Shown here one piece after another: positions 46,905 through 56,000 of a stretch of 64,000 nt of DNA (its first letter is position 1; every line of letters begins with the position of its first letter). This stretch comes from an uncultured Candidatus Saccharibacteria bacterium (GTDB lineage Bacteria > Patescibacteriota > Dojkabacteria > J137). The DNA is taken from assembly GCA_964607415.1 (NCBI GenBank), contig CAZSKK010000001.1, positions 405,974 to 469,973 of the forward strand, written 5' to 3'. Under the pieces are notes generated by a model that saw only the letters and a list, made by a program, of their open reading frames with translations, was not told the origin of the DNA and ran no database searches. The translations under genes and the position numbers were made by a program.

Positions 46905-48305
46905 TTATTCTTCTACTACTTTATCAATTGCTTTAGCTAACTTTACCAAGTCTTTTTTATCCAAGTCAATTTTTTCTTCCAATGCCTCCGGTCCTTCCTC
47001 TATAATTTCTCCAACATTTTTAAATCCAGCTACCTTTAGTTCGTTAACAACTTTTTCAGATAAATCAAGTTCCTCAACTTTCATAGCCGAAAATTTTTTT
47101 AAAAACAGCTCTCCTTCACCATCTGTATTCTGGTTGCCTTCATTTATAGCCGAAATATCATCCTTACTCTCATTTTCTTCTTCTGATTTTGAATTCTCAT
47201 CTTTGGATTTCAAATCCGGATGCTCATCAAGCGTTATATGTAAAGGCTTTTTAGGAGGCTTAGGTTCATTTCCATCTTTAGAAAAAGGGTTAGAATCAGC
47301 ATTTATTTTTTCAGATTTACTTTTATTTCTTTTTTCTTCATTTGGAATTTCCTCATTTTCTTTTTCGTTGGACTTTTCTTCGGTAAATTTTTCTATGTTT
47401 TTTGGTTCAAAAGATTTTTCCTTCTTAGGCTTTCTAAACATACCCAAAAAACCTTTTGTATCCTTTGGTTCAACAACAATAGGAATTTCAGCTGCTTGCT
47501 CTTCATTCTTTTTTGAAGTAATACTAACTTTATATACGCTTTTTTTCTTTTTAGATTTCGCATCAACCTGTTCGGTAGGTTCAGATTCGTTTTCCAAAAT
47601 ATTTTTTTCGTATTTACTAGTTAATTCATACTGCCCTTTATTATCGTCCCTTACAACCTTTCCTCCTTCCATTTGTATAACTCTTTTATTTAATGAGTTA
47701 ACTATATCTGTACCATGTGTAGACATTATTATAGTAGTTCCCCAGTTATTAATTTTTGTAAGAATTTGAACAATATCCCAGGCACTTGCAGGATCTAAAT
47801 TACCGGTAGGTTCATCTGCTATTAATATCTTAGGACTATTTGCTATTGCTCTTGCTATTGCAACTCTTTGTTGCTCACCACCTGAGAGTTGCTTGGGGAA
47901 AGCATCCATCCTATTAGAAAGCCCAACAATATCAAGCATATAAGGAACTGTTTCGTTAATCTCTTTATCCCTTTTGCCTGCGGCCTCCATTGCAAAGGCC
48001 ACATTCTCAAACACGGTTCTTTCTGGAACCAGCTTATAATCCTGAAAAATTACTCCTACTTCTCTTCTTAGTCTATAAACATGTTTTCTATTAATTTTAG
48101 TTATATCTTGATCTTTAAAATAAATTTTTCCTATCGATGGTTTTTCGTCTCTAATTAACATTTTTATAACTGTAGTTTTTCCGGATCCTGAAGGTCCTAT
48201 TAGAAAAACGAATTCCCCTTCCTCGACCTGAAAAGAGACGTTATCTACCGCACGGATGTCTTTACCGTAAATTTTGCTTACATTGTTGAATTGTACCAAA
48301 GGCAT
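46905..48305 (-). CDS. ftsE: Cell division ATPase FtsE with a long C-terminal extension ending in an alphaCTD/HhH-like domain
   Basis: GEFVFLIGPSGSGKTT, GVIFQDYKL, LSGGEQQR, ADEPTGNLDP; ~240 extra residues. Confidence 0.92.
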   Translation of the reverse strand: MPLVQFNNVSKIYGKDIRAVDNVSFQVEEGEFVFLIGPSGSGKTTVIKMLIRDEKPSIGKIYFKDQDITKINRKHVYRLRREVGVIFQDYKLVPERTVFENVAFAMEAAGKRDKEINETVPYMLDIVGLSNRMDAFPKQLSGGEQQRVAIARAIANSPKILIADEPTGNLDPASAWDIVQILTKINNWGTTIIMSTHGTDIVNSLNKRVIQMEGGKVVRDDNKGQYELTSKYEKNILENESEPTEQVDAKSKKKKSVYKVSITSKKNEEQAAEIPIVVEPKDTKGFLGMFRKPKKEKSFEPKNIEKFTEEKSNEKENEEIPNEEKRNKSKSEKINADSNPFSKDGNEPKPPKKPLHITLDEHPDLKSKDENSKSEEENESKDDISAINEGNQNTDGEGELFLKKFSAMKVEELDLSEKVVNELKVAGFKNVGEIIEEGPEALEEKIDLDKKDLVKLAKAIDKVVEE

Positions 48306-48486
48306 AGATTGTAAAAAAATTATTCTTTAACAGTATACATAAAGCTGGACAAGCCCGCAAATTCGAATGACCAATTACTAATTTCGAAGGAAATACTAAA
48401 ACATAAGGCGCAATAATAAAATCAATTTTCAAACATCAAATAAAAAACTCATAAACTCGAACCTGTACACAGCGAAACTGAAGCTT

Positions 48487-49749
48487 CTAATAAATAAACT
48501 TCTCGTAGTCTTCTGAAGAATTTTCATCAATAAGAACATTAACAACAGGTTCTTTTCCAGGAGGGAAATCTGAATCTTTTCTAGCTTTTCTTTTACTTCT
48601 TCTCTTTTTTAAAAATGAAATTACTGTGAAAGCAACAACAATCAAAGCAATGCCTGCAAAAGTTGCAAAATATTCCCCTTCAATATCACTAAATGCGAAT
48701 GCAACTACGCCTAAAATCATCATTAACGATAATTCTATTAACATAACCATTTTAACAGGATAGCCTGAGGCTAAGAGTCTATGATGCAAGTGATTTTTAT
48801 CACTTATGCTTAAAAGCATCAGTGGATTTCTCCGAGCTTCTTTATTTTCTTTTAATCTTATTAAAACGACCAAGAGCGCGTCGAGTATGGGCAAACCAAG
48901 AATAATAATAGTCGCGGTCCATCTGGCGCTACCAAAAACTGCAAATACAGCCAACATGTATCCTATTAAATACGACCCCGTTGAAGCATAAAATACTTTT
49001 GCCGGATTATAATTAAAAGGTAAAACTCCAAGCACGCTGCCTGTATAAACTGCAATTATAGTTGCAAGTGCAATGTTGGGATTATCCCTATTTAATACAA
49101 TCATTAGCATAGCCAGGCCGGATACTATTCCTACCGATCCTAAAACGCCATCAGCTCCATCAACCCAATTCACAGCATTAATCAAACCAACAATCCACAG
49201 AATAGTAATTATATCCGCAGGGAAAATAAAGTTATAAGAAAATCTACTCACTTGAAAAACCAGATCCGAGTACCAGTTTAAATCCAGATTCACAAAACCT
49301 AAATCTATATTAAGAATTGTATTTCCGGATATAATTAAAGATGAAGCAACTACTACCTGACCTAAAAGTAATACTCTACCGTTTACATTAAATATATCAT
49401 CCAAAGCCCCAACAGCTGTTATCAAAATCATTCCTAAAATAATACCCCTAGGTAAAATCGATCCTGAATCAGTAGCATAAAGGCTGATTAAAATTGCTAC
49501 TAGCATTGCAATTCCTGGAAGTTTTGGAATTATTTTATCGTGAATCCTTCTTCCTGCAGTTTTATCTGCTTTTTTTCTTAGTTTTGCAGGTAAATCAACA
49601 GCATTAACTTTAAAAGCAATTCTAGAGGTAATAGGAACAAGTAGTACTGTAATTACAAAAGCTAATAAAAAAGCCAGACTAACCTTGGAGAGATTTTCAA
49701 TTAAAACTGGGTTTGTAAATTTTGTGTAAATCGTATCAAGAATCTCCAT
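48487..49749 (-). CDS. MraY/WecA/TagO-family polyprenyl-phosphate HexNAc-1-phosphate transferase
   Basis: RRIH..IIP, GALDD, NAVNWVDGADG, FNYNPAK, DKNHLHHRL. Confidence 0.9.
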   Translation of the reverse strand: MEILDTIYTKFTNPVLIENLSKVSLAFLLAFVITVLLVPITSRIAFKVNAVDLPAKLRKKADKTAGRRIHDKIIPKLPGIAMLVAILISLYATDSGSILPRGIILGMILITAVGALDDIFNVNGRVLLLGQVVVASSLIISGNTILNIDLGFVNLDLNWYSDLVFQVSRFSYNFIFPADIITILWIVGLINAVNWVDGADGVLGSVGIVSGLAMLMIVLNRDNPNIALATIIAVYTGSVLGVLPFNYNPAKVFYASTGSYLIGYMLAVFAVFGSARWTATIIILGLPILDALLVVLIRLKENKEARRNPLMLLSISDKNHLHHRLLASGYPVKMVMLIELSLMMILGVVAFAFSDIEGEYFATFAGIALIVVAFTVISFLKKRRSKRKARKDSDFPPGKEPVVNVLIDENSSEDYEKFIY

Positions 49750-50294
49750 TACTCAACTACCAAATTAAAGATTTGTAAAATAGCAACAAAAAGCATTAAG
49801 TTTAAATAAGTATGAATCCAAATCATGGTCAGGGCAAGTCTTCTATCTTTTCTAAAAATAATAGAGCTAAACTGAATAATAATAAAGGAAGCTATCGCCA
49901 AAGTTATTGGAAATATAAAAATCAGAGATTTATCTACCTGATTCCAATTTTTATTTACAGAATTATAGAATACAGGAACAGTTGGTGGGACATCGTTAAA
50001 TCTAAATATTGCGACGTATAAAAAGAACAAAAAGTTAATAACAGAACTAACAATTGCAAATGGGAATGCAGGAGTTTTCCAAATTTGAGAAACTTCAATT
50101 AAATCATTTCTCTTTCTAAAAATAGTTCTTAAGCCGTTAAAAAACTGTTTTAATTTTGTAGTTTTGTTATCTAGATCTAAAGATATCTGATCTTTGCTTA
50201 TTTCTATTGGTTGCTCCTCTACAGCATCTTCAACAGTTAGCTCTGCTTTATAATCTTCTGGATCTGGATTTTGCAAAGGTCGATTTAGTTTCAT
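49749..50294 (-). CDS. Three-TM membrane protein (DUF1648-like)
   Basis: PPTVPVFYN motif between TM segments. Confidence 0.6.
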   Translation of the reverse strand: MKLNRPLQNPDPEDYKAELTVEDAVEEQPIEISKDQISLDLDNKTTKLKQFFNGLRTIFRKRNDLIEVSQIWKTPAFPFAIVSSVINFLFFLYVAIFRFNDVPPTVPVFYNSVNKNWNQVDKSLIFIFPITLAIASFIIIQFSSIIFRKDRRLALTMIWIHTYLNLMLFVAILQIFNLVVE

Positions 50295-50473
50295 AATTAT
50301 TTTAGTTATCAGTTCTTAGTACAAATTGCTCGAAAAATTAAGACTTTAGCTATATGCTATACGCTATGAGCTAATAGCTTGCCTCTATTTTAACTTAAAT
50401 CAACACTTTTTGTGATATAATTTTTTTTGTATTGATTTGTAGGTTATTCTTTTTGTATAATTAACTATTGATT

Positions 50474-50502
50474 ATGGGTCCACTTAAGACCCATTTTTCT
50501 TT
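50474..50502 (+). promoter_or_regulatory. Leader hairpin upstream of nusA (rimP-leader-like)
   Basis: ATGGGTC-cacttaa-GACCCAT-TTTTCTTTT just after TATAAT at 50456-50461. Confidence 0.5.
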
Positions 50503-50637
50503 TGTAAACATTAATGACGAATCAATAATAACGAGTTAACGTACAAAACAAAATTTTCAATTGTGATTTTGATTATTGAGATTTAATTCGTTATTTAGAA
50601 CTTTTTACTTTAAACATTTAACTTTTAACTTACTAAT

Positions 50638-51894
50638 ATGGGTGATCAACCAGATATAATGTCAGCAATTAGACAAATTGCTGCGGAAAGAAAGATTGAT
50701 ATAGAAGAGATTCTAAATGCAATCAAGCAAGCCGTTAAAGCCGGTTTTAAAAGAGAATATGGAATGGAAAATATGGATCTTTTAGAAGTAGATTTCGATC
50801 CACAGAAGGGCCATATTGCAGTTTTTGCTAAGAAAAAAGTTGTTAAGAAAGTGCAAGATGACTCTTCTGAAATCAGCCTTAAAGATGCACAAGCAATCAA
50901 TAAAAAATATCAAGAAGGGGATGAGGTTTTAGTTGATATTACTCCGTCTGGAGACTTTGGAAGAATTGCTGCTCAAACATCAAGACAAATCATTCTTCAA
51001 AAGCTAAGGGAAGCAGAAAAAGATGCAGCTATAAGAGAAATTAATGAAAAAATGGGAACAATTGAAACAATCACTATCCATAGATTTACTCAAGATGGAG
51101 AAGTACTTGCAGAGCTTAATAAAGCGAGAGCTGTTATGCCTAAAAAGGAGCAGATAGGTGCTGAATATTATAGAGTTGGCTCAAGAATAAAAGTCTTACT
51201 TAAAGCAATAGAAGAAGATACAAGAGGAAAATATATTTTGATCTCTAGATCAGATCCTGACTTTTTAAGAGAACTATTTAGGATGGAAGTTCCAGAAATT
51301 GACTCTGGGACGGTCGAAATAGTAAGTATTGCAAGAGAAGAAGGTTCTAGATCTAAAGTTGCAGTTAAATCTAACTCTAGTGGAGTTGATCCATTGGGTG
51401 CTTGCATAGGACAAAAAGGAGTGAGAATTAATGCAATTAGCAATGAATTGAGAATAGGTTCCATTGAAGAAAAACTAGATATTATTCTTTGGGATGAAGA
51501 CATTAAAACTTATCTAATGAATGCGATTAGACCTGCAGAAGCTATTGACGTAGAAATTGTTGATGAGAAGGAGAGACATGCAATCATAATTGTTCCAGAC
51601 GAACAATTATCTTTAGCTATTGGAAAAGATGGTCAAAATGTAAGACTTTCTCATAAATTAACCGGTTGGAAACTGGATATAGAGAGTGAGACAGAACATA
51701 AAGAAAAAGTTAAAGCAAATAAAGTTGTAAAAAAAGAGGTAAAGCCGAAAAAAGTAAAAAAAGAAAAAGCAGTTAAAGAAAAGGCTGTGAAAAAAGCGAT
51801 TAAAAAAACTGATACAAAGAAAACCTCAGCAAAAAAAACAACCAAAGCTACCTCTCCTAAAAAGAAGGCAGCTGCTAAGAAAGCAAAAAAGTAA
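50638..51894 (+). CDS. nusA: Transcription termination/antitermination factor NusA with a Lys/Ala-rich tail
   Basis: FGRIAAQT, EVPEI, AREEGSRSKVAV, GACIG, LSLAIGKDGQNVRL. Confidence 0.97.
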   Translation: MGDQPDIMSAIRQIAAERKIDIEEILNAIKQAVKAGFKREYGMENMDLLEVDFDPQKGHIAVFAKKKVVKKVQDDSSEISLKDAQAINKKYQEGDEVLVDITPSGDFGRIAAQTSRQIILQKLREAEKDAAIREINEKMGTIETITIHRFTQDGEVLAELNKARAVMPKKEQIGAEYYRVGSRIKVLLKAIEEDTRGKYILISRSDPDFLRELFRMEVPEIDSGTVEIVSIAREEGSRSKVAVKSNSSGVDPLGACIGQKGVRINAISNELRIGSIEEKLDIILWDEDIKTYLMNAIRPAEAIDVEIVDEKERHAIIIVPDEQLSLAIGKDGQNVRLSHKLTGWKLDIESETEHKEKVKANKVVKKEVKPKKVKKEKAVKEKAVKKAIKKTDTKKTSAKKTTKATSPKKKAAAKKAKK

Positions 51895-51908
51895 TTTAAA
51901 TCCTAAAA

Positions 51909-51993
51909 GTCTTTGCGAGACCCGACATTGTCGGGGCGAAGCAAACTCTGTAATAGAGACTGCTTCGTCTAACTTCGTTAGTCTCGCAGTGAC
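51909..51993. repeat. REP-like inverted doublet (GTC..TGCGAG...GAAGCA / TGCTTCG...CTCGCAGTGAC)
   Basis: Long imperfect stem; related unit at 4897-4923. Confidence 0.75.
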
Positions 51994-52016
51994 TTGTTAA
52001 AGTATTCTTCATAAAC

Positions 52017-52277
52017 ATGGACCAACCGCTAAGAACCTGCATCGTTACAAAACAAAAATTTCCGAAAAATGAATTGCTCCGCTTAGTTCATGAAAATAAC
52101 GAAGTTGCAATCGATTTAAAACAAAATAAACCAGGACGAGGTTGTTACATTCTTCCAAAGCTTGAAGTTTTGGAAGAAGCTTATAAAAAAAATAGAATTG
52201 GTTGGAGTTTAAAGATTAAAAAGATTAGTGAAGAGAATTTTAAGAGCTTAAAATCATACTTCGAAGATCATCAATAA
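52017..52277 (+). CDS. ylxR: YlxR/RnpM family RNA-binding protein
   Basis: PLRTCI, KNELLRLV, PGRGCY; follows nusA. Confidence 0.9.
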   Translation: MDQPLRTCIVTKQKFPKNELLRLVHENNEVAIDLKQNKPGRGCYILPKLEVLEEAYKKNRIGWSLKIKKISEENFKSLKSYFEDHQ

Positions 52278-52358
52278 TATTCTACTAAAATCAATTTTAG
52301 TATTTCTGCACATTTTTTAAGTTATACTTTATCCAGATATTTTTTAAACAAACCTTAT

Positions 52359-53054
52359 ATGGATAATTTACACTACGTTCAAATGACAATTCTTAAACAG
52401 TTATTATTTAAACAAAAAGTTTCTTTTGGTGAACTTATAATACCAGGCGTTGATAGTGAGACTCTTTCTTATCATTTAAGATCGTTAATTAAACATTCAT
52501 ATATAGAAAAAGATAATAACGGTTTATACTCCCTAACGCTTGAAGGTAAGAAATACGCAGCCGAAATTGATGTTGAAACATCTTTAATTTCATCCCGTGC
52601 AAAGCTTAGTATATTAGTTACTGCAATTGATGAATCCGAAGGCGACCCTAAATACTTACTAATAAAAAGATTAAAAGAGCCGCTGTTTGGACAAGCATGT
52701 TTTATTGCTGGAAAAGTTAAATATGGTGAACCATCAGCTTCAACTGCTAAACGTGAGCTTTTTGAAGAAAGTGGATTAACTGCAAACGAAGTTGAATTTG
52801 TATGCTTTCATAGACAGTTTGTTTACAATCAGGATAATGAATTTTTGAAGGACAATTCTTTTTGTATGTTTGTGGTAAAGAATTTTTCTGGCGAAATTAA
52901 AAGTACTGAAGAAGCGGAGCCTTTTTGGGTAAATAAAGATGAATTTTACAAGCTTACGAACAAAGCATACGACCTTGAAGATTTATTTGAAATTATGACC
53001 AATCCTCCTAAAGAGAAATTTATAGAGAAAGACTTTATCGCCAAAGTTTTTTAA
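52359..53054 (+). CDS. N-terminal winged HTH fused to a NUDIX domain
   Basis: LSYHLRSLIKHSYIEK...YSLTLEG; AGKVKYGEPSASTAKRELFEESGL. Confidence 0.85.
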   Translation: MDNLHYVQMTILKQLLFKQKVSFGELIIPGVDSETLSYHLRSLIKHSYIEKDNNGLYSLTLEGKKYAAEIDVETSLISSRAKLSILVTAIDESEGDPKYLLIKRLKEPLFGQACFIAGKVKYGEPSASTAKRELFEESGLTANEVEFVCFHRQFVYNQDNEFLKDNSFCMFVVKNFSGEIKSTEEAEPFWVNKDEFYKLTNKAYDLEDLFEIMTNPPKEKFIEKDFIAKVF

Positions 53055-53077
53055 GCTATAGAGTATAGAATTCCTGG

Positions 53078-56000
53078 CTACCTGTTTTGGTCTCTGCTAC
53101 CTAAAGACTTTAGTGCAAAAATTATTGCAATTAAAATCAAAAGCAGTAGTGATGGAATCTTTAGCCAGGATAACTTGAGCTTAAATCCACTATCTTCACT
53201 ATTTGACTGTCCACTTGTATCAACAGGATTTTGTAATTGTTCACCTGTAGTAGCTTTGTTTGGCTGATTTTCACTATCTGAACCGGTTGATACTGTTGCA
53301 TTTACTTCTTTATTTTCCAAAGCTTCAGAACTCAATAGTTCATTTTGCAAGTTAACTCCAGCACTACCTACATTATTTGAATTTTGAGACGATTGATTTG
53401 TTGATGGTGGTTGAGCTGGATCATCATTATCCAAATTAACCAGATTGATATTTACAAGATCAATATTATTGTAATTTGCATCAGTACTGACTGTTGGTTC
53501 AAGGTTAACTGTGAAATTAATATCTCCATCATCTGTTAAATCATCCTGGCCTGTAACTATTACACTTTGAGGTGTATTCCAATTCAAATTTGTAAAAGTG
53601 ATATTGGAAGTTGAAACTATAGCCTCAGTCGTATCGGAAGATGAAATTGGAATTGATACATTAAATTGTGGTTCGGAATTTAAAACAATACTGAAACTTG
53701 TGCTGGTACCTGCTTCATTTGTATTTCCAGTTGGGGGTGTAACTGTTATTCCAAAGGTGTCATCATCTGTATTTGAAAGGGTTAAATCATTTGGATTTAC
53801 ATTGTTATAATTTGTATCTGAACTTGTTGTTAGCCCAATTACAATGCTATATGGGATATCTCCATCATCAATATAATCATTTTGCCCAGTTATAGTTACC
53901 GTCTGAGCTGTATCCCAATTTGAATCTGTAAATATCAGATTTGCTGATGATACGGTTCCTTCATGTGCATTTGAAGAAGAAATAGGGATTGTTACATCGC
54001 TAGTTGGCTGTGAATCCAGGATCACTGTAAATGTTGCCTGCGCTCCTAATTCTGAAGTATTTCCACTTACTGATGAGACCGTTATGCCTGGGGTATCATT
54101 ATCTAAATTTGTAAGAAGTGGATCTGCTACATCTGCTGCGGTTAGCGAATCGTAGTTAGGATCTGTTGAAAAAGGATCACCAGTTACCAGGTTATAATCA
54201 ATATCTCCATCAAAAAGCACGTCATCTACCCCCCAAACATTAAGGTCATTAACAATTGCGTTATTCCAATCAGCCGGGACAATTGTAAGCTCTGTACTTG
54301 CAACTAGTGTTCCTTCTGTCGGGTCTGAAACTGAAATTGGAATTGTTACATCACCTGATGGATACGAAAGAAGTGTAAATCTAAACAAAGCGCTATCACC
54401 TGTTTCAGATGTTATTGATGGTCCAATGGGAGTTATTATAATTCCAAAACCATCTGTATTTTGATTGCTAAATGTTGCGTCACTAATGTCAGAAGCGTTT
54501 AAATCATTATATATAGGGTCAGATGAAGTGGGATCACCAGTAATAATATGATAAATGACTGCTCCATCCACTGTAGGTACTGGATCAGGTGCACCGGTTA
54601 CAGTTATTGTTTGTGCAATATTCCAATTAAGATTTGTAAATACAACCTCTGTGATTGCAATTGTACCTTCATTTGTATTATCACTTGATAAAGGGATTGT
54701 AACATCTGATAGCGGCTCCGACGTTAGTACAATAGTAAAATTTCCTGTTGAACCGGATTCTGAAGTAATAGAATCTTGAACAGCCACCAATGCACCTGCG
54801 GTATCGTTGTCAAGATTATCAAGCGTTAAGTCGTCAGGATTAATATTGTTATATGTTCCATCACTACTGATTGAATTTCCAAGTATTATAGTATAAGTAA
54901 TTGCTCCGTCATCGATAAAATCATCCTGGCCAGTAACTGTAACTGTTTGAGTAAAATTCCAGTTCAAATTTGTGAATGTTAAAAGTGTCGTAGAAACTGT
55001 TCCCTCAATTGTATCTGATGATGATACGGGAATAGTGACATCATTTGTTGGTTGAGATAATAAAACTACTGTAAATGTTGCTTGTGCCCCAAGCTCGTTG
55101 GTATTACCTGAAATTGCTGAAACGTTTATTCCCACTAAATCATTATCTGTAAGATTTACATTAATAGTTTGATTTGTAAGTGGATCAAATCCATCATCAG
55201 ATAACGCATCGTTAATACTGGCTGTAATTGTAACATTCTCGACAACAGCATCGGCATCTTCAGGTGCACTAACATTTACATTTTGAGAAATATTCCAGTT
55301 TAAATTTGTAAATGTTAGCTGAGCTTGATCAATTGTTACTGCGGTTGTATCTGATGAGGACAGATCAATAATGACATCTGTCGCAGGTTGTGAAGTTAAT
55401 ACAACACTAAAGCTATCTGTTAGTCCACCCTCAACAACAGTTGTATTTCCAGCTGTTTGGTTTACACTAAATCCAGGTGGAGGATCTGCAAGGTAAAGAA
55501 ATACTCTACCCTCAGCTGACTGAACATTTGTAAAGCCAGGTGCGCCAACAATTACATCAGAATAGCTATCCCCATTAATATCTCCAGTTGCAACTGAAGT
55601 TCCAAAAAATGAGTTAGCTACATTTGCTTCAGTTGTCCAGTCAGAGTTAGCGGGTGTTCCATTTGAGCCGAGACCAATATCTGCACCATACCAAAGAAAT
55701 GCTGCCCCTTCATTACTTTGCCCATTATCGTAACCACTTGCTCCAACAATCACTTCATCAAAACCATCTCCATTAGTGTCCCCTGCATAGGAAACAGATG
55801 CGCCTAAATTAGCATTTGATTGCACTGCGAAAGCTTGCCAGTCAGCATTTGCAGGCGTTCCACTAGTTCCCAATCCACTACCAGATCCGTACCAAACAAA
55901 AGCAGCTCCTTCACCTGTTAAGCTTGAAGTATACACATGTGCCCCAATAATTATGTCGTCAAAAGTATCTCCGTTCACATCTCCTGCCCTGGATACAGAA

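Noticed and set aside
47134-47769. 211-aa Ser/Phe-rich plus-strand ORF
   Set aside because: Antisense shadow of the low-complexity FtsE tail; likewise 23141-23644, 28975-29367 and other antisense ORFs in the track
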